NCBI GenBank assembly: GCA_036396355.1
Contig: DASWKZ010000255.1
Coordinates: 1-56,116 of the forward strand
Reading direction: 5' to 3'
Length of the DNA: 56,116 bases
From: Alphaproteobacteria bacterium
GTDB lineage: Bacteria; Pseudomonadota; Alphaproteobacteria; SMXQ01
The position numbers were made by a program, and so were the translations under genes. Below are positions 1 to 10,366 of the stretch, one piece after another; within the stretch, counting starts at the first letter, position 1, and each line of letters starts with the position of its first letter. The notes beneath the pieces are model-generated. The model made no database searches, was not told the origin of the DNA, and worked only from the letters and a program-made list of their open reading frames with translations.

Positions 1-432
1 GCCCTGTGGAAGGCGCTCTATTTCGAGCCGGGACCCTTGTCCCCGGACGAGGCGCGCCCGCCGGAGTGGCATCGCGGCCGCTACCTGGCCGAGGCGCTCA
101 CCCATTGCGCCGAATGCCACACGCCCCGCGGATGGCTGGGCGGGCTCGACCGCGACCGGTGGATGGCGGGGGCTGCGAAGGGCACCGGCCCCGACGGCGA
201 GGCCACGCCCAACATCACCCCCGATCCCGAGGCGGGCATCGGCCAGTGGAGCCTCGAGGAGGTCGCCGAGGTGCTGAAGACCGGGACGCTTCCCGACGGC
301 GACGAAGTGGGCTCGCTGATGTACGACGTGGTGGGCAACGGCACCTCCAGACTCACCGACGCCGACCGCCGGGCGATCGCGATCTACCTGAAATCCCTGA
401 GGCCCATCCCCGGTCCGGGCGGCGGAGAGTAG
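1..432 (+). CDS. Cytochrome c domain protein, 5'-truncated by the window edge (C-terminal haem domain of a multi-haem cytochrome c subunit)
   Basis: The frame is open from nt 1. It has the haem-binding motif CAECH, followed by a mono-haem class-I-like domain (PNITPD...GQWSLEEV...YLKSL). Stop at 430-432. Confidence 0.7.
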   Translation, partial: ALWKALYFEPGPLSPDEARPPEWHRGRYLAEALTHCAECHTPRGWLGGLDRDRWMAGAAKGTGPDGEATPNITPDPEAGIGQWSLEEVAEVLKTGTLPDGDEVGSLMYDVVGNGTSRLTDADRRAIAIYLKSLRPIPGPGGGE

Positions 433-521
433 CCCGGTCTCCGTCATTGCGCGCCGGTCGGTGAGCGACTAGGCTGGGAAGGCCTGCTGCCCGAGCGTCT
501 GAACGTAGGAGCGGCATCCCG

Positions 522-1601
522 TTGAACCGGGCCCTTGTCATCGCCATCCTCGGCGCCGTCATCCTGGCGGCGGCCCTCCTCGTGAACTTCTACATTGGTC
601 GGGACGGCGCCGACGAGCCGCCCGCGCCGGTAGCCTCGGCGCCGCCCGGGCCGCCGGTCAAGGTCCCCGCGCCCACGGGCGGGGCGGAGCTGGCGCCCCC
701 CGCCATCGTCCCCCGCCGCGCCGAGCCCAGCTTCGACATCGTGCGGGTCAATCCCGAGGGCAAGGCGGTGATCGCCGGCCGCGCCGCGCCCGGGGCCGAG
801 GTGACGGTTCTCGAGGATGGCGCGGCCATCGGCAAGGTCACCGCCGACCCGCGCGGCGAGTGGGTGCTGGTGCCCGAGAAGCCGCTCGCCCCGGGGGACC
901 GCAAGCTGGGCCTGACGGCGCGCACCCCCGACGGCGCGACCGAGCATGCCGATGAGGAGGTGGTGCTGGTGGTGCCCGAACGGGGCCGTGACGTCGCCGG
1001 CCGGGCCGGGGACGGCGCCTCCCAGGCGCTCGCCCTGAGGGTGCCGCGCGGGGGGCGGCCGGAGGGCGCCCGCGGCCTCGCCCCCAGCACCATCCTGCAG
1101 ACCCCCGGCGGCGGGGGCAGGGAGCCGGGGGCGCCCGCCGCGGAAGGCGGACTCTGGGTGGATGTGATCGATTACGACGCCGCGGGCGAGGTGAGGATCG
1201 CGGGGGCGGCGCGCCCAGGCGCCCGCGTGCGCCTCTATCTCGACAACCGCCCCGTGGGCGAAGCCACCGCCGATGCCGACGGCCAATGGGCGGTAACGCT
1301 CTCCGAGAAGCTGGCCCCGGGGGATTACATCCTGAGGGCCGATGAGCTCGACCGCGGCGACCGGGTGGTGCGCCGCATCGAGGTCCCGTTCGATCGGGCC
1401 CCCGCCCTCGATGATTGGCCGGACCGCCGGATCGTGGTCGTCAAGCCCGGCAACAGCCTGTGGCGGCTCGCCCGGCGGACCTACGGCCGCGGCATCCAGT
1501 ACACCGTGATCTTCGAGGCGAACAGGGACCAGATCCGCGATCCCGACCTGATCTATCCGGGCCAGGTGTTTTCCCTGCCGCGCGCGGCGCCCGTCAACTG
1601 A
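522..1601 (+). CDS. LysM peptidoglycan-binding protein with an N-terminal membrane anchor and two Ig-like repeats
   Basis: TTG start with AGGAG 10 nt upstream. Hydrophobic N-terminus (ALVIAILGAVILAAALLV). C-terminal LysM signature: VVKPGNSLWRLARRTYGRGIQYTVIFEANRDQIRDPDLIYPGQVFSLP. Confidence 0.75.
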   Translation: MNRALVIAILGAVILAAALLVNFYIGRDGADEPPAPVASAPPGPPVKVPAPTGGAELAPPAIVPRRAEPSFDIVRVNPEGKAVIAGRAAPGAEVTVLEDGAAIGKVTADPRGEWVLVPEKPLAPGDRKLGLTARTPDGATEHADEEVVLVVPERGRDVAGRAGDGASQALALRVPRGGRPEGARGLAPSTILQTPGGGGREPGAPAAEGGLWVDVIDYDAAGEVRIAGAARPGARVRLYLDNRPVGEATADADGQWAVTLSEKLAPGDYILRADELDRGDRVVRRIEVPFDRAPALDDWPDRRIVVVKPGNSLWRLARRTYGRGIQYTVIFEANRDQIRDPDLIYPGQVFSLPRAAPVN

Positions 1602-1761
1602 CCCGGGCGCCCCCGGTCCCAGCGGCGGCCGCGGGCATGCCCCGGCGGGGCGGCGTCCGGACGGCTTCGCTTGACGGTCATAATGCTCTAGACTCGCGTC
1701 CTTTCCGGCCGCGTTCCCCCGGAACCCGGCGGGGACGGCCGTGTTGCATGGATGCAGGGGC

Positions 1762-2454
1762 ATGTCTCTTCCCATTCATCGCGAAGGTCTCCCGATCATC
1801 GGCATCCTCGTTGCCGGGGCGGCGGCGCTGTGGATCCTCCATGCGCCCCTGGGATGGGCGGGCGCGGCGCTCGCGGCGTGGAGCGCATGGTTCTTCCGCG
1901 ATCCCGAGCGCCGGCCGCCGGCGATTCCCAACGCCATCCTTTCCCCCGCCGACGGCCGGCTCCTGCCCCTCGTCAAGGCGCCGCCCCCGCCCGAGCTCGC
2001 CATGGGCGACGCGCCGCGGACGCGCATCAGCATTTTCATGAACATCTTCGATGTCCACGTGAACCGCATTCCGGCCGACGGCACCATCACCGCCATCCAC
2101 TACCGCCCGGGGCGGTTCGTCAACGCCGCCTTCGATAAGGCGAGCGATGAGAACGAGCGGCTGGCCGCCCGCATGATCACCGCCGATGGGACGGAGCTCG
2201 CTTTCGTCCAGATCGCCGGCCTGGTGGCGCGGCGCATCCGTTCGACCCTCGCCGTGGGGGACAGGGTCCGGGCCGGAGCGCGATTCGGCATCATCCGCTT
2301 CGGCAGCCGCGTGGACGTCTATCTTCCCGATGGGGTGGCGCCACGCGGGCGCGCGGGCGCGCGGATGGTCGCGGGGGAGACGGTGATCGCCGTGCCCGGC
2401 GCCAACACGGCCGCGGGCGGGGCTGCGGCCGTCGGTGGGGACGGCACCCCATGA
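1762..2454 (+). CDS. psd: Phosphatidylserine decarboxylase proenzyme (short alphaproteobacterial type)
   Basis: MSLPIHREG start, FFRDPER, SPADG, FMNIFDVHVNR, and the FGSRVD self-cleavage region (GS). The stop overlaps the pssA start (ATGA). A GTG at 1741 is an alternative start. Confidence 0.9.
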   Translation: MSLPIHREGLPIIGILVAGAAALWILHAPLGWAGAALAAWSAWFFRDPERRPPAIPNAILSPADGRLLPLVKAPPPPELAMGDAPRTRISIFMNIFDVHVNRIPADGTITAIHYRPGRFVNAAFDKASDENERLAARMITADGTELAFVQIAGLVARRIRSTLAVGDRVRAGARFGIIRFGSRVDVYLPDGVAPRGRAGARMVAGETVIAVPGANTAAGGAAAVGGDGTP

Positions 2455-3374
2455 GGCGGCCGCCGCGGCCACGGTTGAGCGCCCTGCCGTTCAACCGGCT
2501 GATCCCCAACATCCTCACGGTGCTGGCGCTGTGCGCCGGCCTGACGGCGATCCTCTACGGGTTCCAGGGCCGATGGGAGCTCGCCGTCGCCGCCGTCCTG
2601 TTCGCGGCGGTGCTCGATGCCCTGGATGGACGGATCGCGCGCCTCCTCGGCGGGTCGACGAAATTCGGGGCCGAGCTCGATTCGCTCTCCGATTTCGTGA
2701 GCTTCGGCGTGGCTCCGCCCATGCTGCTGTTCCTCTGGACCCTCCAGGACGCCAAGGGCCCGGGCTGGGTGATCGCGCTGATCTTCGCGGTCTGCGCGGC
2801 GCTCCGGCTGGCGCGCTTCAACACGCGCCTCGGCGTCTCGGACATGCCGCGCTGGGCCGGCAACTTCTTCACCGGCGTGCCGGCCCCGGCCGCGGGCGGC
2901 CTCGTGCTGCTGCCCATGATCCTGAGTTTCGAGCTGGGGAGCGGAATTCTCGCCACGCCCGCCGTCAACGCGCCCATCGTCATCGTCGTCTCCTATCTCA
3001 TGATCAGCCGCATCCCCACCTTCTCCTTCAAGCAGGTACGGGTGCCCCATCGGCTGGTGATGCCGTTTCTCCTGATGGTCGGGCTCCTGGCCGCGTTGCT
3101 GGCGACGGCGACGTGGCTGACGGTGGCGGGCGGGCTGATCCTCTACCTGCTGTCGCTGCCGGTGTCGGTGGTCGCCTATCGGCGGCTGGCGGCGGATGCC
3201 GCGATGACCGGCGTCGAACATCTTGCCGTGATCGAAAGCGGCGACGGCGGTGATGGCGGTGCCGACGGCGACCCCGATTCCGCGGATCAGCCCGGTGCGG
3301 CCGGGGACGTCACCTTCGTGGGGCGGCCGCTCGGCCGGGGCCCGCCGACCCGTCCGACCGAAGGCGATGGCTAA
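2451..3374 (+). CDS. pssA: CDP-diacylglycerol--serine O-phosphatidyltransferase
   Basis: CDP-alcohol phosphatidyltransferase motif DALDGRIARLLGGSTKFGAELDSLSD, multiple TM segments, and translational coupling to psd. Confidence 0.9.
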   Translation: MRRPPRPRLSALPFNRLIPNILTVLALCAGLTAILYGFQGRWELAVAAVLFAAVLDALDGRIARLLGGSTKFGAELDSLSDFVSFGVAPPMLLFLWTLQDAKGPGWVIALIFAVCAALRLARFNTRLGVSDMPRWAGNFFTGVPAPAAGGLVLLPMILSFELGSGILATPAVNAPIVIVVSYLMISRIPTFSFKQVRVPHRLVMPFLLMVGLLAALLATATWLTVAGGLILYLLSLPVSVVAYRRLAADAAMTGVEHLAVIESGDGGDGGADGDPDSADQPGAAGDVTFVGRPLGRGPPTRPTEGDG

Positions 3375-3418
3375 GGAACGCGGCGTGCCCGGCCGAGGGC
3401 GGCGGCGCGAGGCCGCCG

Positions 3419-4399
3419 CTAGAGGCCGCGCACGTTATCGGGGTAGAGCTCGTCGACGGTGACCGCGCGGTGGGTGACGCCCTGCTCGTCGCAGAACCGG
3501 ACGAAAGCCTCGAGGGTCGCGCGGTTGGCCTCCACCCCGTAGGGCCAGAAATCGTCTCCGAACGTGTCGCGCGCCCTCTCGGCATGGGCGAAGGCCCAGG
3601 GAATGGGATAGCGGCAGATATTGCCGTCGAGCGCGCGGACGAGGCTTCGCTCCTTGGCCTCCACGAAAGCGCGGTAGAGCGACGGCCCGATCCACGGATG
3701 GGCGTCGTACGCGTCCTTGCGGATGGCGACGGTGTGCATCATCGGAAAGATGCGGTGCCGGCGCCAGTAGGCCTCCTCCACGGGCATGAAATCCTCGATC
3801 AGGCGGCGGATGCGGGGATCGCGCGCCTGGAACAGGTCCGGCGGATGGGCGCAGATGACGGCGTCGAGGTCGCCGGCGAGCAGCATCTCCATCAGCGAGC
3901 GGTCCGCGATCTCGGTGTAGGGGATTCCCTCGGGCAGCTTGCCCTTGACCTGGCTCTCGCGCGCCGGCCGGTTGATGCCGGCGCGGACCCATTCGATCCC
4001 GGTCAGGGGGATGCCGACATCGTGGGCCAGCCACGCCCGGACGTAGACGATGGCGGTCTGCACCCATTCGGGGATGCCGACGCGCTTGCCCGCCAGCTCC
4101 TCCGGCGCCCGAAGGGGGCTGTCGGCGGTGACGTAGATCGCGTGCTGGCGGAAGAAGCGGGAGGGGAACACGGGAATCCCCGTGATGTTGGTGTCGCCCT
4201 GGGAAATGAGGGAGACGAAGCGCGCCATGGACATCTCCGAGACCTCCCACTCCCGGTAGTCGGTGAAGCGGGCGAAGATGTCCTCCACCGGCAGGTCCAC
4301 ATGGGTGATCTCGATGCCGGGCGCCTTCACCTTGCCAGAGGTGAGGTCGCGCACGTGGTCGTAATCGCTGATGGCGAGGCTCAGGCGGATGTCGGCCAT
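3419..4399 (-). CDS. 4,5-dihydroxyphthalate decarboxylase-like / NMT1-THI5 periplasmic-binding-fold protein
   Basis: The N-terminus (IRLSLAISDYDHVRDLTSGKVKAPGIEITHVDLPVEDIFARF..REWEVSEMSM) matches the pattern I recall for the PhtD-like family. No adjacent ABC transporter genes. Confidence 0.6.
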   Translation of the reverse strand: MADIRLSLAISDYDHVRDLTSGKVKAPGIEITHVDLPVEDIFARFTDYREWEVSEMSMARFVSLISQGDTNITGIPVFPSRFFRQHAIYVTADSPLRAPEELAGKRVGIPEWVQTAIVYVRAWLAHDVGIPLTGIEWVRAGINRPARESQVKGKLPEGIPYTEIADRSLMEMLLAGDLDAVICAHPPDLFQARDPRIRRLIEDFMPVEEAYWRRHRIFPMMHTVAIRKDAYDAHPWIGPSLYRAFVEAKERSLVRALDGNICRYPIPWAFAHAERARDTFGDDFWPYGVEANRATLEAFVRFCDEQGVTHRAVTVDELYPDNVRGL

Positions 4400-4486
4400 G
4401 TCAGGGCCTCCCCTCCCTGCGCGTGAACCGCAAGCGGACCTTCGCGCGCCCCGCCGCCCGCCCCCTGACGCTGGCGCCGCCCCGGC

Positions 4487-5311
4487 TCATCCATCCTTCT
4501 TCATGTGCAACGTGCGCTGCGGAAACGGTATGGTGATGCCGGCGGCGTCGAACGCCTCCTTCACCCGGCGCGTAAGGTCGAAGCGCAGGGGCCAGTAATC
4601 CGAGGCCGCGCACCACAAACGGAATTGCATCTCCACCGCGTTGTCCCCGAGATTGGCGACCATCATCTCGGGCGCCGGATCGCTGTTCACCCGTTGGTCG
4701 TCGTCGATCAGGGCCTTGACCGTATCGAACGCCTTGCCGATGTCGTCGCCGTAGTCGATACCGACCACGAGATCGAGCCTTCGCGTCGGATTGCGGCTGA
4801 AGTTCTTCACCGCCACGCCCCAGAGCTGTCCGTTGGGAACGACGATATGGACGTTGTCCGGGGTATTGAGCAGCGTGGTGAACAGGGTAATCGCCTCGAC
4901 GGTGCCGGCCACGCCCGCCGCCTCGATGAATTGCCCCACCCGGAACGGCCGGAACAGGAGCAGCATGACCCCCGCCGCCAGGTTGCTGAGGGTGCCCTGG
5001 AGGGCGAGGCCGACGGCGAGGCCAGCGGCGCCCAGGACGGCGATGAGGCCCGCCGTCGTGATCCCGAACCGCTCGAGGACGATGACCACCGTGAGGACGA
5101 TGATGCCGTAGCGCACCAGGCTGGTGAGGAAGGGACGCAGCGTCGCGTCGATCCGCCCGCTCCTGGAAAGCGCGGAACTGGTTGCGCGCTGGGCCCACCG
5201 GGCCGCCACGAAGCCGACGATCAGGATGAGGATGGCGGCGAGGATGCTCAGCCCGTAGGCGCCGACCACGGCGACGGCCCGGTCAAGCGTGTCCGTGACG
5301 GAGTCTTCCAT
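4487..5311 (-). CDS. Small-conductance mechanosensitive channel (MscS family)
   Basis: Three TM helices followed by the MscS core: GLAVGLALQGTLSNLAAGVMLLLFRPFRVGQFIE...GTVEAITLFTT.L.TPDN..IVVPN. Confidence 0.9.
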   Translation of the reverse strand: MEDSVTDTLDRAVAVVGAYGLSILAAILILIVGFVAARWAQRATSSALSRSGRIDATLRPFLTSLVRYGIIVLTVVIVLERFGITTAGLIAVLGAAGLAVGLALQGTLSNLAAGVMLLLFRPFRVGQFIEAAGVAGTVEAITLFTTLLNTPDNVHIVVPNGQLWGVAVKNFSRNPTRRLDLVVGIDYGDDIGKAFDTVKALIDDDQRVNSDPAPEMMVANLGDNAVEMQFRLWCAASDYWPLRFDLTRRVKEAFDAAGITIPFPQRTLHMKKDG

Positions 5312-5404
5312 GGCGGGGATACCTGTTTCCGTGGTCCATGCGCTGCGAAGGAAACGGCGTCGCGGGACGCGCTATCCCGTATACCCGATCCCGTGTCGCC
5401 GGGC

Positions 5405-6115
5405 CTAGCCCAAAAGCGTGCGGCCCGGGAGGCCGGCGCGCAGCGCGGTCACCTCGATCTCCACCAGCTTGCCTTCGGCCGAGTAACCCTCGACGAAGCG
5501 GACCTCGAACAGGGGCGGGAAAACCGGGACCACCCGGCGGAACAGGTCCCTCACGGCGGCCGCGGTTTCGCTTGCGTGCAGGTAGCACGAAACCTGGGCT
5601 ACGCGATCCCATCCGGTGCCCTCCTCGGCAAGGTATGCGGTGATGCGGGGGAGGATGTCCGTCGTGACCTGATCCGCGAGGCTTGGCAGGACCACGGTCT
5701 GGCCCGACAGCACCATGAGCGGCCCGCAGGCGATCCACCGGCAGGGGGTGCGCGGCGGGTCGTTCTCCCGCACGCGCTTCCCGAGTCCCGGGGCGGATCT
5801 CAGCGCGATCAGGTCCATGGCGACGGCGGCGTCGGAGGAGAACAGGCGGGGCGCGATGTAGCTCGAGGTGGCGGCCCGCGCCGGCCCCGCCAGCACTGCC
5901 GACCGCACCGCGCTCGCCGCGTCCCGGGCGGCGCGGTCGCGGGCGAAGAGCCGGCTGCGCACGGTGTCGGCAAGCGTCAGCCGGTGGGCGGCGAGGGCCG
6001 CCTCGAACCGTTCGAACAAGGCCCGCGCCTCGGCCTCGGCGCCTCCCCCGGGCGGGGCCTCGCCCGACAGCTCCACGAATTCCAGGCCGAGCCGGTCGAC
6101 GATGGCAACGCGCAT
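5405..6115 (-). CDS. Protein with two YjgF/RidA-like halves (tandem RidA fold); function unknown
   Basis: The ATG at 6115 is preceded by GGGGGAGG at a 5-nt spacing. The C-terminal half has a RidA-like pattern (LSGQT...YL......F..V....PP...V.V.GY......VEIEVTA). The N-terminal half shows a weaker version of the same pattern. Confidence 0.5.
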   Translation of the reverse strand: MRVAIVDRLGLEFVELSGEAPPGGGAEAEARALFERFEAALAAHRLTLADTVRSRLFARDRAARDAASAVRSAVLAGPARAATSSYIAPRLFSSDAAVAMDLIALRSAPGLGKRVRENDPPRTPCRWIACGPLMVLSGQTVVLPSLADQVTTDILPRITAYLAEEGTGWDRVAQVSCYLHASETAAAVRDLFRRVVPVFPPLFEVRFVEGYSAEGKLVEIEVTALRAGLPGRTLLG

Positions 6116-6191
6116 GATTGCCTCCCCCAAGGATGAACCCGGGCGATTATGCCCCGGATGGGGCGGGGACGGCTCTCCCGATGGGGGGGAA

Positions 6192-6265
6192 TGGCTGGGG
6201 GACCTGGATTCGAACCAGGACTGCTCGGTCCAGAGCCGAGAGTTCTACCGTTAAACTATCCCCCA
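6192..6265 (-). tRNA. tRNA-Gln (anticodon CUG), CCA encoded
   Basis: The reverse complement TGGGGGATAGTTTAACGGTAGAACTCTCGGCTCTGGACCGAGCAGTCCTGGTTCGAATCCAGGTCCCCCAGCCA folds by hand into a cloverleaf. It has a 7-bp acceptor stem, a 4-bp D stem, a 5-bp anticodon stem with loop CTCTGGA, and a T arm CCTGG/TTCGAAT/CCAGG. Confidence 0.9.
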
Positions 6266-6426
6266 TCCGGGGTCCGGGCGGGCCATCGCCCGGCGAAGGC
6301 GGGCCTTTTATCACATCGTTGCGCCATTGAACAGGCGCAAGCCCGGCGCCGCGGCCGTCTCGGCCCCGGGCCCCGCCCCGCTCTTTCCCCTTCGCGACCC
6401 CGCGCAGTTTCGGTACCATTTCCCCC

Positions 6427-7488
6427 ATGAAGGCGGGACAGGCCAAGCTGCGACGGGGGCCCGGACGCCGCGTCCGGGCACGGTCGCGGGGCGACGCCGG
6501 CGCCGATCCGGACGAGGCGCCCTCCTTCGCGGCCCTCGACCTCGGCACCAACAACTGCCGGCTGCTGGTGGCGCGGCCGGCGGGGACCGCCTTCCGCGTG
6601 GTCGACGCCTTTTCCCGCATCGTCCGCCTCGGAGAGGGGCTGGACCGTCGCGGCCGTTTGTCCGAGGCGGCCATGGACCGCACCATCGAGGCGCTCAAGG
6701 TCTGCGCCGCCAAGATGGCGCGCAAGCATGTCGTCTGCGCCCGCAGCGTCGCCACCGAGGCCTGCCGCCGCGCCGCTAACTGCGGCGATTTCCTCGAGCG
6801 CGTGAGGTCCCGGACCGGCCTCGATCTCGAGATCATCGCCACCGACGAGGAAGCGCGACTCGCGCTGCTCGGCTGCGCACCGCTGCTCGTCGAGGGCCAG
6901 CCCTACGCGATCGTGTTCGATATCGGCGGAGGCTCGACCGAGATCATGTGGGTGGAGCGTACCGACGACGCCCCGGCGCGCCTGCTCGACAGCCTTTCGG
7001 TCCCGCTCGGCGTCGTCAACCTGTCGGAAACCTTCGGCGGAGACCGACTGGAGGAATCGCAGTTCTCGGCCATGGTGGACCTTGCCGCCGACGCGCTCGC
7101 GGTGTTCGAGGCCCGCAACGCCATCGCGTCCAGGGTCGCCGCCGGGACGGTCCAGATGCTGGGCACGTCGGGGACCGTGACCACGCTCGCGGGGGTGCAC
7201 ATGGGACTGCGGGCATACGACCGCAACCTGGTCGACGGCTCCTACCTCGATTTCAACGATGTCGCCCTGGTCACCCGCCGCCTGCTGGCTCTCGATTGCG
7301 CCGGGCGGGCGACGGAACCGTGCATCGGCACGGATCGAGCCGATCTCGTGCTGGCCGGCTGCGCCATCCTCGAGGCCGTCTGCCGGGCCTGGCCGGTCGG
7401 GCGGCTCAGGGTTGCCGACCGTGGCCTGCGCGAGGGCATCCTTCTCACCCTGATGGGACGCGATACCGCCGTCGCCGGGGCGGCCTGA
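6427..7488 (+). CDS. Ppx/GppA-family phosphatase, short form (no C-terminal HD domain)
   Basis: ASKHA phosphate-1 motif FAALDLGTNNCRLLVA, then FDIGGGSTE and GTSGTVTTLA. It lies directly upstream of rlmE, as in many alphaproteobacteria. Confidence 0.85.
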   Translation: MKAGQAKLRRGPGRRVRARSRGDAGADPDEAPSFAALDLGTNNCRLLVARPAGTAFRVVDAFSRIVRLGEGLDRRGRLSEAAMDRTIEALKVCAAKMARKHVVCARSVATEACRRAANCGDFLERVRSRTGLDLEIIATDEEARLALLGCAPLLVEGQPYAIVFDIGGGSTEIMWVERTDDAPARLLDSLSVPLGVVNLSETFGGDRLEESQFSAMVDLAADALAVFEARNAIASRVAAGTVQMLGTSGTVTTLAGVHMGLRAYDRNLVDGSYLDFNDVALVTRRLLALDCAGRATEPCIGTDRADLVLAGCAILEAVCRAWPVGRLRVADRGLREGILLTLMGRDTAVAGAA

Positions 7489-7494
7489 GCCGCC

Positions 7495-8256
7495 ATGGCG
7501 CGTCGCGCGGGCTCCGGCGGCAAGGGTCGCATGCCCGAGGGGCGCGCGGCGCGGGCCGGACAGGCCACGCGATTGCGCCGGAGCAGGGGGCGCGGGGCGT
7601 CCTCGAGCCGATGGCTTGCCCGCCAGATCCGCGATCCTTATGTCGCCGCTGCCCGCAACCTTGGATTGCGTTCCCGCGCCGCGTTCAAGCTCGCGGAACT
7701 CGACGACCGCTTCCATTTCCTCAAGCCCGGCGCGCGGGTGGTCGATCTGGGTGCCGCGCCGGGGGGATGGTCGCGGGTGGCCGCCGAGAGGGTCGGCGCT
7801 GCCGCCAAGGGGGGAGCCGCGGGCCGGGTAGTGGCCATCGACCTCGTGGAGATGGAACCGATCCCCGGGGTGGTATGCCTCACCCTCGATTTCCTGTCAG
7901 AGGAGGCGCCGGCCCGGCTGCGCGAAGCCCTGGAGGGGCAAGCCGACGTCGTGTTGTCGGACATGTCGGCGCCGGCCACCGGCCATACGCGGACCGACCA
8001 CCTCCGTATCATGGCGCTCCTCGAGGCGGCCTACGACTTCGCCCGCGTGGTCCTGGCGCCGGGCGGCGTCTTCATCGGCAAGGTCCTGCGCGGGGGCGCC
8101 GAACGGACGCTTCTCGATACCCTGAAGAGGGACTTCGAGGAGGTCCGCCACGCCAAGCCGCCCGCTAGCCGCAAGGATTCGGCCGAGATCTACGTGGTGG
8201 CCCGGGGATTCCGCGACCGGATCGCCGACGACGATGTCGGGCCGGTGCCGGGCTAG
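7495..8256 (+). CDS. rlmE: 23S rRNA (uridine2552-2'-O)-methyltransferase RlmE/FtsJ
   Basis: SSRWL.RQ..DPYV..A...G.RSRAA.KL.ELD..F.FLKPG..VVDLGAAPGGWS; DMSAP.TG. Confidence 0.9.
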   Translation: MARRAGSGGKGRMPEGRAARAGQATRLRRSRGRGASSSRWLARQIRDPYVAAARNLGLRSRAAFKLAELDDRFHFLKPGARVVDLGAAPGGWSRVAAERVGAAAKGGAAGRVVAIDLVEMEPIPGVVCLTLDFLSEEAPARLREALEGQADVVLSDMSAPATGHTRTDHLRIMALLEAAYDFARVVLAPGGVFIGKVLRGGAERTLLDTLKRDFEEVRHAKPPASRKDSAEIYVVARGFRDRIADDDVGPVPG

Positions 8257-8711
8257 GAATTCAGGAACTCCCGAAGGTGGCTTTCCAGCTCATGGATCTC
8301 GAGGCCAGTCAGGTCCTTGGCGAGCTCGCCCGCCACCAGCCGCGAGGCGTGTGGATCGAGCGCCTTGCGCAGGTCCCCCAGCGTCATCGGCGGCGCCACG
8401 ATCACCAGCCGGTCGAACCGCTTCTCGAGCGCGGCCCGATTCACGAGTGCCGCCATCTCCCTCGCGAACTTCTGCTTCTCGAACCGGTGCCAGTCGATGG
8501 GCGGGCTCATGGCGTGCCGGCCGCTCCCGACCGACTCCACCACCCGACCCGGCCTGTCGGTGCCGAGGTCCCGCGTGGGAATCTTGGCCGCCCGGTGCGA
8601 GGCGCGGCTCACGCCGGTAAGGCCCGTGCCGGGCCCGCCGTTGGCGACGATATGGGCGCGGGCCCCGTCGCAGATCAGGATCCAAGTGGTCTTCTTCCGG
8701 CGCACGATCAT
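8253..8711 (-). CDS. Host-attachment protein family (Host_attach / baeRF12, eRF1-like fold)
   Basis: TWILICDGARAHI..., GRHAMSPPIDWHRFEKQKFAREMA..L, LVIVAPPMTLGDLRKAL, LAKDLTGL..HEL..HL. This matches my recollection of the Host_attach family. Confidence 0.65.
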   Translation of the reverse strand: MIVRRKKTTWILICDGARAHIVANGGPGTGLTGVSRASHRAAKIPTRDLGTDRPGRVVESVGSGRHAMSPPIDWHRFEKQKFAREMAALVNRAALEKRFDRLVIVAPPMTLGDLRKALDPHASRLVAGELAKDLTGLEIHELESHLREFLNS

Positions 8712-8820
8712 GTCTTATCCTTGAAAAACAAGCGGCTCGATCGATTCCTTCCGGCCGGTCACGCCCATAGAATGGGATCCCCCAAGGCGCTTGGCAAGGA
8801 AGCACCGATGTGTATCATAG

Positions 8821-10329
<1,509 letters not shown>

Positions 10330-10366
10330 AGCACCATCCGGTCGGATACGGCTCCAACGCGCCCCG

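Noticed and set aside
6288-6309. A terminator-like hairpin, GCCCG-N7-CGGGC followed by CTTTT, on the + strand next to tRNA-Gln.
   Set aside because: There is no + strand gene upstream that it could terminate. On the minus strand the T-run would precede the stem. A 5-bp GC stem is expected by chance in DNA this GC-rich.
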